A stretch of 64,000 nt of DNA from Dipteris shenzhenensis. Lineage: Eukaryota. Under the pieces are notes generated by a model. That model had not been told where the DNA came from. It searched no databases and worked only from the letters and a program-made list of their open reading frames with translations. Of this stretch, positions 1 to 12,889 are shown piece by piece (position 1 is the first letter of the stretch; every line of letters begins with the position of its first letter). Both the position numbers and the translations under genes were made by a program. Location: the NCBI GenBank assembly GCA_047967505.1, contig CM106538.1. One strand, 5' to 3'.

Positions 1-606
1 CGAATAAGTGTCGCTATATAGCAACGCTGTGGGTTAAAACCCGAAACTCTCGTCGCACGGCATTTTCTTTATACTATTCTCTAATCTCTCAAGATAGCAA
101 GCCAATATCTCCTCCCACCTATTTTCGACGACCTCCCACCTATTTCAAGTAACCTCCCACTCTATTTTCCACTCCTCACCCTTCTCCTAGCTCTTGTACT
201 CCCTCTCTACCCTTTTTCCTCTTTGGTTTCTTGAAAGGAGGTTCTTTAAGAGATGAGTTTGTTTCAACAATGTAGGTTGTTTGTTTGTTAGCTTTAGTTT
301 TGTGAGTGCTTCTCCTTGTATTGCTAAATCTGTAAACTAGTTTTCATGCTTGTTTTCAAAGGATTGAAACAAAAAACGAGATTTCAAGAAAGAAAGAAGA
401 CTCACCTTTTTTTTCTATATTTATCTTCCTTCTCTCCTCAATCTCCTCCTTTCCTTGTCACCTCAATCTTCTCCTTTCAAGAAGTTGCTTTTGTAATCTC
501 CTCCTTCCTCTAACATCTTATTTGAAAAAATGGGTTGTTTTCTCTCTTTTGTAGGCTTCTCGCTTTGCCCCTTCTCTCATTCTCTATTTCCCCCTTCTCT
601 CATTTT

Positions 607-2150
607 CTATTTCCGCATAAGCTCATGCATAAGCATAAGCATGAGCTTATGTTTATGCTTGAGCATGAGCTTATGCTTCTCATGCTTATGCTTCTCTTTT
701 TCCCCCTTCTCATGCTTATGCTTCTCTCTTATGCTTATGCATGAGCATGAGCTTATGCTCATGCTTATGCTTCTCTTTTTCCCCCTTCTCAATTTCCTCT
801 AACTCTTATTCTCTATTTCCGCATAAGCTCATGCTCATGCATAAGCATAAGCATGAGCTTAAGCATAAGCATAAGCTCATGCTTATGCTCATGCATGCTC
901 ATGCTCTATTTCCGCATAAGCTCATGCATAAGCATAAGCATGAGCTTATGCCTATGCTTATGCTTAAGCATGAGCTTATGCTCATACTTATGCTTAAGCA
1001 TAAGCATAAGCTCATGCTTATGCTTCTCTTTTTCCCCCTTCTCTATTTCCTCTAACTCTTATTCTCTATTTTCGCATAAGCTCATGCATAAGCATAAGCA
1101 TGAGCTTATGCTCATGCTTATGCTTAAGCATAAGCTCATGCTTATGCTTAAGCATAAGCTCATGCTTATGCTTATGCATGAGCATGAGCTTATGCTCATG
1201 CTTATGCTTCTCTCTTTCCCCCTTCTCTCATTTCTCTAACTCTTATTCTCTATTTCCGCATAAGCTCATGCATAAGCATAAGCATGAGCTTATGCTCATG
1301 CTTATGCTTCTCTATTTCCTCTAACTCTTATTCTCTATTTTCGCATAAGTATAAGCATAAGCTCATGCTTATGCTTATGCATGAGCATGAGCTTATGCTT
1401 ATGCATGAGCATGAGCTCATGCTTATGCTTCTCTCTTTCCCTCTTCTCTCATTCCTCTAACTCTTATTCTCTATTTCCGCATAAGCTCATGCATAAGCAT
1501 AAGCATGAGCTTATGCTTATGCATGAGCATGAGCTTATGCTTATGCATGAGCATGAGCTTATGCTCATGCTTATGCTTTTCTATTTCCTCTAGCTCTTAT
1601 TCTCTATTTCCGCATGAGCATAAGCATGAGCTTATGCTTATGCTTATGCTTAAGCATAAGCATAATCATAAGCTCATGCTTATGCATGAGCATGAGCTTA
1701 TGCTCATGCTTATGCTTCTCTCTTTCCCCCTTCTCTTATTCTCTTATTCTCTCTAACTCTTATTCTCTATTTCCCTCTTCTTCCTCTTCTTCTCCCCCTT
1801 CTCTTTTCCCCCTTCTCTTTTCCTTCTAAAATCCTCTTATTTCCTCTATGCTTATGCTCATGCTTATGCTTCTCTATTTCCTCTAACTCTTATTCTCTAT
1901 TTCCGCATAAGCATAAGCATGAGCTAATGCTTATGCTAATGCTTAAGCATAAGCATGAGCTTATGCTCATGCTTATGTTGTATTCTCTTTCCCCCTTCTC
2001 TTATTCTCTTATTCTCTGTCACTCTTATTCTCTATTTCCCTCTTCTTCTTCTTCTCCTCCCCCTTCTCTTTTCCCTCTAAAATCCTCTTATTTCCCTGTT
2101 TCCTTTCCCTCTTCTTTCTCTTTGCCTATGCCTATGCCTATGCCTATGCT
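607..2150. repeat. Strand-symmetric hexamer satellite (GCATAA/TTATGC/GCATGA/TCATGC) interleaved with CT-rich spacers
   Basis: Long runs such as GCATAAGCATAAGCATGAGCTTATGCTTATGC, punctuated by CTCTAACTCTTATTCTCTATTTCC. This explains the HKHK/MLML/LCLC junk ORFs. Confidence 0.95.
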
Positions 2151-2190
2151 TATGTTTGTTTTTTTGTTTTTTGTTTTCGTGTTTGTGTCT

Positions 2191-3776
2191 ATGTTAGACA
2201 GGGGATCACGTCGCTCATCCGATGAGTATGGACAGCCTCACAAGAGAAGAGCTCATGATCTTTATGCTCCACAGGCCTTTGATTCCTCTCAGGCGACTAC
2301 CCCGATGACTACCCCTACTCCGACTCCTCTCGAACCTAGCACTATGACTACCCCTGGTCCGACTCCTCTTCCACATAGCACTGCGACTACCCCTCGGGGA
2401 ACTCCTTTGCTAGCTGCGCATGGCTTTGTTGGGAGTCCCGACGAGTTTGTAGCGTAGATGAGCGATGAGGAGGCAGTGAGATTCTTCTCTCTGCTATCTC
2501 AGAGGACCTCAGCAATTCCCTCCCCTACAGTGATGGGTGGACGTACTACCCAGCCGTCCCCTCGTGCCCCTTCGACCACGGGGTCATCACCTGCGCATGA
2601 CTCTCATAAGGGAAGGAAGAGTAGGAAGGGCGGCTCATGTTGTGCTGACTCGGGAGATGTAGACGAGTCAGTACACTCACGTTCCTACAGGTCTCCACTT
2701 GGTCCGGAGACACAGTATCAATCAGGTCTCTTTCCCTCTCCTACTCCCATTGCTACTCCTCGCTCCGGAAGCGCTCGCGCAGCTTCCACTCCTTTTGACT
2801 CTGCTACCGTTAGTCCTCCTTACTCATCAGGGGATCTCTCCTATCAAATCACAGCTGCCGGAGAATAATAGAAGATAGAAAGGGCAAAGCAGTGATGGCC
2901 ACCATGAGGAGGTTGATGAGTCATCACTTCAAGAGCGGCATAAATACCGATTGGCGGTATCAAGATGCCCAAAAAAGGCAGGCAGTCATCGATGAGTTAA
3001 AACAAAGATACCCTAACCCGCCAAATGTGGAGTTTAATGAGGATTATATGTGAGAGCGCATGGGTTTGGTCTTGAAGCATCATAGATCAACCTTGCGTAC
3101 TTCCATCACAAAGGGGTTAGCTAAACCCAGCTGGGCAGACAAAGCTGATTGGAAGTACTTCAAGAAGCAAAATAGGGACCATCCCGAATTGTTCAAGGGT
3201 CAGAGGAGGGCTGCGAAGAGATGGCTAGACGTCATAGGTACTTCGCACTTTGGTGCAGGCAGACGGTATGCATTCGAGGCAACCGTGGTAAGTCTACTTC
3301 TTCTCATTTAATGTATTGTTCTATTTGTTTTACTACATATTACATGCACTTTAGCTAACTCTAACTCTTGTAAATTGGATCCACAGCAAGCTGCGATGGG
3401 TCATCTTCCTACAGATGCAGAGATGCGATGCGCATTTCGAATAGGAACAAAGCCGTGGTTCATCGAGCAAGAGGCAATGGGAGCGACGGCCGATTGGGCT
3501 GAGGTGGCTGCTCGCACGGTATAAGTTTACTCCTACTTGTAATCTCACTTTTTAATTTAAGTTCCAATCTAATTTTCGATTTATATGGTTCACTCTTAGG
3601 GTCAAAGCTCAAGCGTCCCATCATCGGAGGCGAGCAATCAACAGGGCCAAGGATCAGACGCACGTGACGAGGATGAGGGAGGAGACGCAGCTAATGAGGA
3701 TGAGGGAGAAGACGCAGCTGACGAGGACCAAGGAACAGGCCAACAAGATGAGGATGATTCGGATTCGGATGAGTAG
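2191..3776 (+). pseudogene. Spliced TnpA-like second gene of CACTA family A (stops and frameshift)
   Basis: Pro/Ser/Thr-rich N-terminus, then ...QRYPNPPNVEF... and ...GTSHFGAGRRYAFEATV followed by a GTAAGT donor at 3288. A short middle exon follows, then a last exon 3600-3776 encoding an acidic tail ending DSDSDE*. Motifs and intron positions match the family B second gene. The TnpA assignment is inferred from position in a CACTA element. Confidence 0.7.
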
Positions 3777-3998
3777 TAGTGGTAGTAGCATTTTCTTCGC
3801 CCTGTATGTCATTTTGTATATCCGCTCGTTTGAGCAATTTTGTATCGCCCTTTCGAAAGGGTAATTTTGTTACAAACAATGTTGTATATGTATGACATGT
3901 ATATGCTTTTATTGCTCATCATTTCACAAGAGCGATTTTATATCACCCTTTTCGCAAGAGAAATTTTGTTATAAAAAAACTTTGTTTTATAATTACAA

Positions 3999-4072
3999 AA
4001 AAAAAAAAGGATTAGTGGGGCTAAACAGGGCCATAGCAAGCCCTGTTTAGCCCCACTAATCCTTTTTTTTTT
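3999..4072. repeat. Perfect 33-bp-stem hairpin
   Basis: A10-GGATTAGTGGGGCTAAACAGGGC / loop CATAGCAA / GCCCTGTTTAGCCCCACTAATCC-T10. Confidence 0.95.
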
Positions 4073-4084
4073 AGTTCTGTTAAT

Positions 4085-4347
4085 CGTCGCTATATAGCGA
4101 CGTTTACCAGTGTTGCTATATAGCGACGTTTACTAGTGTCGCTATATAGTGACGATTAACAGTGTCGCTATATAGCGACATTTATCATTGTCGCTATATA
4201 GCGACGTTTACCAGTGTCGCTATATAGCGACGGTCCTTTTTCAACGCTTTTAGCGACTCTTATAGCGACGTTTGCACCCGTGAAAAAAAAAATTTAATAT
4301 AAAAAGCCTCGGTATTTTCGTCAGAAAATGGCCTATGCCTTGTAGTG
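4085..4347. repeat. Subterminal palindromic repeats plus right TIR of CACTA family A
   Basis: About 7 copies of GTCGCTATATAGCGAC at roughly 26-bp spacing, then ...TTGTAGTG. Confidence 0.9.
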
Positions 4348-4349
4348 TA

Positions 4350-4687
4350 TATAGAAGAGATTCTACGTAGTTCTCCTCTGCTCAACACCATCCCTAACAT
4401 GAAAGAGAATAGAAAACATTTTCAAGTATGAAGAGGACGGAACTGAATTAGATAAAAATAAATTATTTCATATAGGTAATTGTGCAACCATGTGAGCCAA
4501 AAAAAGTAACAAAAGATGTATGCTGTTCTTACAAATATAGAAGAGATTCTACGTTGTTCTCCTCAACTCAACACCATCCCTCACATGAAAGAGAATAAGA
4601 AACATTTTCAAGTATGGAGAGGATAGAGATGAATTAGATAAATATAAAAATTTTAATATGAGTAGTTGTGTGGAGATGCGAGCCAAT
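4350..4687. repeat. Two diverged tandem copies with a period of about 186 bp
   Basis: ATAGAAGAGATTCTACGT...CTCAACACCATCCCT...CATTTTCAAGTATG...GAATTAGATAAA...GAGCCAA occurs at ~4350 and again at ~4536. Confidence 0.85.
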
Positions 4688-6711
4688 AACATTTTCTCAA
4701 ATAAAAATCTTTGAAAGAAGACAATTCAATGAAGCACAAGCTGAAACAAATTCATGAGCAAATCTTTAAGGCAATAAATATTGGCTTATGTGAGCCTCGA
4801 TAATCCTAAGGTGAATGCAAACAATGCATTTAACTACGAATATAAAGGAGGTAGATACCATTAAAAAAGTGAATACAGTGCATGTCACTCAACTCAAAGC
4901 AAAAGTGACACTTGTTAACACGCCACGCATCCACTCAGAGTAAAAATGTGTCTCGTAAATAGCACACAAAACAAAAATTGTTTTCTGACTGCCGTTCGAT
5001 TGTGCAGATCTTGAACTATTATGTAAAGTTTGGTCCCTATAATCGAATGATTTTAAAGATCTTTTAATGAATTAACATGCGTTTCAAATTGAAATTGATA
5101 GAGCAATATGAACAAAATTTAAATAAAAAAGATAACATGGGCAGGATGCCACTGTTGGTCTCCGTAGGCTGCTCGGTCGAGCAGTACAAGTGCCAACATA
5201 AGTGAAATGATAAGTGTGGAAGGATTCTTCATCATCGTTGAAGAGCATGTGGATCTCTGATCAAGCAGGGCCTTTATGTAGGACTTGTAATGACGTCCGT
5301 CATGTCCGTCGGTCTCTTGTCTCGAGAAAAGACCGACCTCGTAGCTTTGATCCGTCTACGCCTTGATACGAGCATGGAACCCTCACCAAAATACTTTTGC
5401 CGCATAGTGCACAACCATATCTTCAAGGAAATGACGTCCACCATGTCCGACGAAACTTAGCTACGATCTGCTTGAGATTGGATCTTGTGAACTTACGATG
5501 CCTCGGAGCAGTCTTTTAGTTTAAGAGGTCCTACGAATGCAAACCCTATGTAAAATACCTTTGTCGGACATGTAAACATAATGCATAACTCAAAGGAAAT
5601 GCTCAAATTTGACAAAGTATACGCCTAAAAAAGAATAGCCAAATTACCATATGTAACTTGCGCTTGTAGTGATAAGTCTTGTTATTGTTTATGCATCCCA
5701 TATGGTTGCTAATGCTACTCATAAATCTTTTCTCTCACCACATCTATCACATGCTTTAGCAAAATTCAAGCGTTCTCTTGGTGGAAGGGAATGAGCACAA
5801 GTCCTATCATGAGCATACTCTAGCCATGGGCATGTTACTAGGTTTGAGGTGGTCACAAATAAAGGAGTAGCATATAATATCAAGATTAATGCAAGTAATA
5901 TATCAAGATTCCTAAATACGTTCAAGTGCCAAAGATTTTCAAGCCTTAACATAAGGACTTCACTTAATTTATTATCTCATAGGAAAGCAAGGTCAGTTAA
6001 TACGTTAATAGCGTATTGGGCCAAACTCATAAAATGACAATATACTCAATTAGCCAATTTAAAAACTAGGGTCACTTATTCCAAATCACCTGATCTAAGA
6101 GGAGGTCGCAACCTCTAAACAGCCCCTCTAATCCTTTACTACAAGAATCTTAGCCTTAGATCTACAATAGCCTGTCCGCCCATTTTAGTAGTTAGGGAGT
6201 AGGAGAGGAAATCCAATCATCAATAGTCCAATCATGCAAAACAACACAAAGCAACTATGGACGTGCTTGGTAGACGCGTAAAATAACGGGCGCGTCTATA
6301 GGCATTGCTTTAGTAGAGGAATTACGGGCGCGTCTACAAGCACGTCTAACAATTCATCTATTTGCGCGTCTATTAACACGTCTAATTGTGCGTCTAATCT
6401 GAGAAAATACGAGCCCGTCTAACATCGCGTTTATCAGCGCATCTATTTGTGCGTGTATTGATGCATTTATTTGCGCGTTTACACTGAGAATTAGACACGC
6501 ATTTAGACGCGTAGATAGATGCAAACCAAAGAATACAGAAAGTGAGATTTTGGTGTACATCATTGCTTTCCAAACCTTACCCATGATTACCAAAGCACAT
6601 AATTTTAACAGAACATCAATGCTTTTTTGCAAGCCCACATATACAAGAATTAAGTGAGGTGAGGAGAATGAGACAATATGTAAAATAGTTTTTCCAATAT
6701 CAATGATGGGG

Positions 6712-9700
6712 CTACGGTTCAATCTCATCCTCAATGAGATCAACCGTTGCCAAACTATCTACTTCAAAATCCAAACAAGTGTTTAGATCTACAAATACAT
6801 TTAACCCACTACTACTTGTGCTACTCATGTGCTCATCGAAATCAGCATCACCAATGGTAGGCTTGTCCTCACAGGTAATGGCCTCAATATCTGTATCTCC
6901 TATCTCATGATCATCCTCCTCTCTCGTATTAGGGTCATCATCACATCCATGGCCATGATCATTCTCCATACGCTCCATATTAGTAAATGTACTATACATC
7001 ACTTTGGAACATGGCATAATAGGTATGACATGCCACCATCTATTATTATCCACCATTGGTTGATAGACAACCTAATTCAAACACAAATACAATCATATTA
7101 TTTTTCTTGCATCAAATATTTAAAAGCGAGTATTTTTATATGTGTGCACAGTACCTACTCATATTGTTACGGTAGCACTAGTGTGTCCTTCCTACTTTGC
7201 CAAAACTTTGTGGAGTCAATAGTTACAAAGCAACTTGCATGGCGTTTAATTGTTGCATTAGGGCCTCTTTCCACCACGTCTTTAAACCACCTTACATCCA
7301 AAACATACACAAAGAAGTGTCGAAAGTCAAGCATAATAATATCTTGGATTATGCCACAACAATCATCCATGGCTCCATTGGCTCCCTCAAAGCTAGCAAT
7401 GACGCCGCAATCTTGTGTGTTTCTCTTATCATCAATCCGTTTTGTTCGAAAATGCTTGCCCTCACACCATATAGCATTGAACATAGTGCACTACACCAAG
7501 AAAAAATCAATTAAATAAGGAATCTAAATTATTGAAAGCTTCTTACTTATGCATAACATTCTATTTACCGACCTTGCTCATGTTGCATCCCCTAGCATAC
7601 TCCCATTCTTCCATTGTGATATGCATCCCCTCGTCTTTCTCTATTTTCTTCATTTCATCAAGTAGCCAATCCACATGAATATCCTTTGGAAGTGCTCTTA
7701 GATACTGAGGGTATGGCACACGAGATCCATGGTGTGTACGAAAGAGGGCCCTTTCTTCTTGTCTTCTTGCCTTTGCATCCTCGTATCTTGTCACCCATCT
7801 TTTCATCACATCACTATTAAGCACGCAAAAGAGGTTGATACTATTGTGCAACTCCGTGTCTATTACTCTGTTGCGTCCTTTCCCTTGAGGCACAATAGAG
7901 GTCATCCTTAGGTCTTCATCATCTCTCCATAGTCGTGGGAGAGAGCTATCCACATCAACAAGAAACTCAGAAATATATACAAGTGACTCTTGTACCAACC
8001 AACCCTCGGCCATGCTACCTTTGGGTCTTGCATTTTGTCTCACAAAGCCCTTCAAGGTCTTCATAAAGCGCTCGAGGAAGAACAACCATCGTGCATGTAT
8101 AGTACTGCATATAGCAATCTCATCCACCAAATGCACTATAAGATGTAGTTGGCTTGTGACAATCTTTCACGTCCTTCGATGCACTACATGAAATGCTAGT
8201 AGGTAGTATGAACTGAACCCACGAGAAGGTGGTTGATTAGTTGCTTATAATTATTCACTCACACATTTGGAAGGAAAAAGATATTATGCACATAAAATAC
8301 TTACTTGGAGCATCTTGTGCCAATCATGAGATTTCAAGCCATATAATTGCTCTACACCTCTTTTCTTGCTCTTTGTAAAGGCTCCTGTCAAACACCTCAT
8401 GCATCTAGTGGGAGTACAAATTGTAGTAATAGCGCACTTCACCGTCGCCATCTCTAGCTTTGATAACATCCACGGTGCACAAGGTAAAAAAACACGCCCA
8501 TTTGGTCTCTCTTGTGGCCAAGCTTCACGCATCCTCCCTGTGGTACGTAGATCCTCCCTTATGCCTACGGAATCTCGTGTCCCATTCAAATGCTCCCAAA
8601 TGGTAGATGCCACATTCTTGAAGATATGCATGGGATCAAGCAGGTGATTGATCTTGAGATGGGACCAATATGGTAAACGATAAAAGATGGAGTATCTAAA
8701 CAAAATAAAGTGTTAGAGGGCAATCTTTATTTCCAGCCAATATAGCACACAATAGTTACAAAATCTTACCGGCTCATGCCAAGTGGTGGAGGAGTCGTGG
8801 AACCATCCCAAATTCATCTGCCCATGAGGCAACTAGCGAAGGACCACAAACAGGACATGCATGGCAACCCGATGTAGTGAGACCTGAATAATAGACGCAA
8901 TTAAGAGTTGAAGGTGGGTCAGGGTGCCACATCCTTTGCCTATTCATAATTAGAAGTGCAATGCTTACCTGAACACTCACCATAGCCTGGGAAGTCATGC
9001 ATCGTCCACATCAAGACTGCTTTTTGCAGTTGAAGTCTCGTGATGAGGGAGGCCTGCTCACATCATGTACCTCGATACCTCTCCAAAGTATCTCTAGCTC
9101 GTCAATCAAAGGCTCCAAATAAACATCAGGGTTTTTGACTTTATGTTTCCCTGGAATTAGAAGGGACAACATGACATGTCCTTTCTTAATAGCCATAGAG
9201 GGTGGAAGATTATAATTCACCAATATCACTGGCCATACACTGTAAGAGGTGCTTTTGAGACCAAATGGTTCACACCGTCCATACCCAATCCAAGTCTCAA
9301 GCTCCTAGGTTCTTCCTTGAAGCTTGGCCATGTGTCTTCAATATGCTTCCATGCAGGAGAGTCCGCGGGAGTTCTCCACTTGCCATCGGTTGATCGATGG
9401 GAGGAATGCCATGACATGAGCTCTGCAATAGATTTGCACTTGAACATATGTTGGATGCGAGGGATTATGGGAAAATGTCGCAGAACCTTAGAGGCACGTC
9501 CAAAGTTTTGAGATCTGCTCTATATCTTGCCTCTCCACAAGTAGGACACTCTCCTGCATCCTTATGTAGTCCACGAAACAAAACGCAATCGTTGACACAT
9601 GCATGGATGCGCTTGTAATCTAATCCTCCAAGAAAGGTCACATGTTGCCTTGCCATATCTCTTGAGGTCGGTAATTCATTCTCCCTTAAAAGCATTTTAC

Positions 9701-10416
9701 ACAATAGCCTGCATGTGAAGACCATAAATGAGGAAAAGCATTCGAGTAATTGACCCACTAGCATAATTCACCATGTTTGCAAAAGCTTACTTGAGTAATG
9801 CATTCAAACTTGCATTGCTCCATCCATAGATGGTTTGCAAGTTTAGTAACTCAAGGGAGGCACGTAGAACAGAGAATGTGCACCCCTCAAATAGTGGAGT
9901 CGATGCTACAATAAAAAGATCATCTTGCTCCATGCTATCATCCCTCCCTTGATGGACATATAAATCCCGCACCATATCATCAAACACCTCCTCCTCCACG
10001 GCTTCATGAGGTAATGGCAGAGGGCTACTATCATCATCACTCCATGCATCCGTAACGGTCCCTCCTGATGATCCCACCTCATATCGTCGACACTTCGCCT
10101 CCTCACGGCGAGCATAGGGCAACATATGCGGGTGTGGCACTACATCCTGTATCAAATTAAAACGGGATCATAACTCAAACATATAAACACCCATAGGTAT
10201 CTCAATCAACCTTATTTCTTTAACACTTACCATGTTTACAGTCGCATCCCATTCTCCATACTTTGAGATGTGATTGAGTGTAATCTTGCGTGCACGATAC
10301 ATGTTTCCTCGACATCGATCACACATACATTTGATTTTTTGCTCCAACCACATTCTGTGATGGTGGATACGGAGGGATTCATCGTCACTGGAGCTACTTG
10401 TTGAAGATGAAGACAT
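6712..10416 (-). pseudogene. Multi-exon En/Spm TnpD-type transposase (Transposase_21, DUF4218 and DUF4216-like segments), disrupted
   Basis: Motifs KCMCDRCRGN, YKRIHACVNDCVLF...CPTCGEARY, PADSPAWKHI...LRLGLGMDGVN, YLEPLIDEL..LW, LLDPMHIFKNV, GLKSHDWHKMLQ, HARWLFFLERFMKTLKGFVRQ..RPKGSMAEGW, CGIIQDII.LDF. Frameshifts and two internal deletions relative to B2. Confidence 0.92.
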
Positions 10417-11263
10417 CATACAAACAAACAACCCAAAAAAATTTGCTCTTCTTCAAATGTTTCCCCTCAAACTCTGTGGCGCGTCTAAAGGCACGTCTAA
10501 GGAGGGTCTGTTTGTTTTGTGGTGCGCATCTAAAACCGCATTTAAAACCGTGTCTAAAACTGCATCTACCCTGTGTATAGAGACGCGCCTATAGACACGC
10601 TATTAGATGTGCCTATAGACGCGACTTTTAAACGTGCTTTTAGCGCGCTCGCTTTGCTTTTCTTCACACTACTTATACTTCATGCGGCTTGCTTGTTTCG
10701 TTATTAGTTGATCCACAGTTTTGACAGGCATCTACACTTACTTCCAAGCTTACACTCAAGAGGAAGGCACCCACACTTACTTCCAAGCTTAAAGGAGAGG
10801 AGGGCGAACAAGGAAGAGAAGCTGCAACTTTGAAAAAGAAGAAGAACCTTCCATACCTCTATTCAAGGTAAGTCTTTTTGCAGTTGATCTTTTTTGGAAG
10901 TTTGCTCTCTTTGGATTTGTACTTTCTCCTATCCCAAAAACGCATGATATGGGTATCATTGTCACGTTTGTGTGTCGGGTGCAATGTCCTTTTCTACTTT
11001 TAAGAAAAGTCTGTTTGTCGAAGTGCATCTATAGGCGCGTCTCACAGCGCGTCTAAAATCACGTCTATAGGCACATCTAAACGCGCATCTAGGCTGTTTG
11101 CAGACACAGACACCCGCATCTATAGACATGCTGTTATATGCAAAAATAGACGCGCTAATCAGACGTGCTATTATACGTGAAAATAGACGCGCTAATTAGA
11201 CGCAAAAATAGATGCACTAATCACAGCTCATCAGTAATAGATTTTTTTTCTTTTTTCCAGTAC

Positions 11264-12434
11264 ATGTGGCCAAGAAGCGCTTCCAACTCACCTGATCCCC
11301 AGGATTCTATTTGGAAGGACTTATATAACCTTTTAGGACACCCTCCTAATCCTGCAAAGTTATACGGGTATATGATGGGTACTCTAAACACTCCCCAGGA
11401 GTCGGCACTACAGACTCCAAACCACCCCACACCAGCTGAGATCACCCCAGCGGAGTCAACACAGCTGTCTTATGCCCCTTCCCCCATGCCGTCTTATGCC
11501 CCTTTTGCCATGCCCTCTTATGCCCCTTCCCCAAGGCCGTCAGGAGGTCCTTATGTCTCGCAGAGCTGTCGACGTACTCCTGTGCAGTCGAGACTCGGTT
11601 CTCCAGCTATGAGTGGTCAGCGTAGTCCCATGTAGTCTCTAGCTACGAGTGGCCAGCATACGAGCTCGACACGACACGGTAGCAGGCATAGTAGCAGGGA
11701 GAGCGGTGGGGGATGCATGGCACAGTGCTTTGGGACGGGTGGCAGTAGGGACGATGATGATTTAGATGTGCCTCCGGGTGATGGTATGATATTCTATGAC
11801 ATCACTCAGACAGGAGGCATCTTGATGGATGCACGGGGAAAGGACATCATGGCCTTCATGCGCTCTGTAATTGCTAACAATTACAGAGATTGCGTTATCC
11901 ACTTCAAAGACCAGCCAAAGAGGTTGGCTGATGAGACCCTCGCTGCTGTTCGCTCTAGGTATCCTAACCCCCCCAATCGCCAGTTCACAGATAAATGGGC
12001 CAAGTCAAAGATTGTTACGATACTTGGCAATAAAAGATCTTCGCTTAAGAGGCAGGCACTAGCGGAGCTTGCCAGGCTTGAGGGAGGTCAACCACCAAGG
12101 GGCCCACCCCACACCACTCACAAGCATGAGTAGAAGAAAGCAATGAAGTCAACGAGGGAGGACCCAAGTCTGTAGCACGTGGAGGCATGAAGGATCCAGA
12201 TGGAGGAATATGGAAGCGCGCATTTTGGAGCAGGGGGTGTTGAATCATTGGAGGCCCAATTTGTAAGTATTGATCTCAAATTATATTGCTTATGTAGTTT
12301 ATTAATTAGGAGGTTGTTTCTTTGTACTAATTCCTCCGCAAATTGTGTCGTCTTGCAGCTTGAGATCATGGGCATATACCCTACTCCTGTGGAGACAGCC
12401 TACCACCGTCACCATCACAGAGGAGATACATGGA
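11264..12434 (+). pseudogene. TnpA-like gene of B1, 5' part (interrupted by nested B2)
   Basis: MWPRSASNSPDPQDSIWKDLYNLLGHPP, PSYAPSPM repeats, RYPNPPNRQF, HFGAGGVES..AQF|GTAAGT. Premature stops present. The gene resumes at 19664. Confidence 0.8.
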
Positions 12435-12889
12435 CACAACAACACAAAGCAACTATAGATGCACTTGGTAGACGTGCAAAATAGCGGGCGTGTCTATAGG
12501 TGTTGCTTTAGTAGAGGAATTACGAGCGTGTCTAAATGCGCGTCTAAAAGCTCATCTATTTGCGTGTAAATTACCGCATCTACGTGCGCATCTAACCTGA
12601 GAAAATATGGGCCCGTCTAACATCCCGTTTATTAGCATGTCTATTTGTGCGTGTATTAGCGTGTTTATTTGCACGTTTACAAGGAGAATCAGATGCGCAT
12701 TTAGACGCGTAAATAGACGCAAACCAGAGAATACAGAAAGTGAGATTTTGGTGTACATCATTGCTTTCCAAACATTGCCCATGATTACCAAAGCACATAA
12801 TTTTTTGCAAGCCCACATATACAAGAACTAAGTGAGATGAGGAGAATGAGACAATATGTAAAATAGTTTTGCCAATATCAATTATGGGG

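Larger units (their letters stand above)
1..4347 (+). mobile_element. CACTA (En/Spm) element, family A, copy A1; no transposase in the visible part; left end lies before the window
   Basis: Ends in GGCCTATGCCTTGTAGTG (rev-comp CACTACAAGGCATAGGCC) at 4330-4347. A cluster of GTCGCTATATAGCGAC palindromes sits at 4085-4270 and the same motif occurs at 10-25. Carries a satellite and a TnpA-like gene. The left TIR and TSD are not visible. Confidence 0.85.

Noticed and set aside
530-2150. Numerous His/Lys/Met/Leu- or Cys/Leu/Ser-rich ORFs (also 31717-32772)
   Set aside because: They are translations of the hexamer satellite and purine/pyrimidine tracts, with no coding evidence.
5135-5600. TGTTGG...CCAACA with an inner CTGCTCG/CGAGCAG hairpin and minus-strand CCAACA-GTGGCATC, resembling an LTR end plus PBS
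   Set aside because: Poor tRNA match, no partner LTR and no retroelement coding sequence nearby.
5600-6236. Short ORFs with Cys/His residues as a possible host gene or LINE piece
   Set aside because: No recognisable domain or splice structure.
6829-7518. 229-aa + strand ORF and its paralogues (13007-13540, 27523-28056)
   Set aside because: Antisense shadows of transposase exons that run through an intron.
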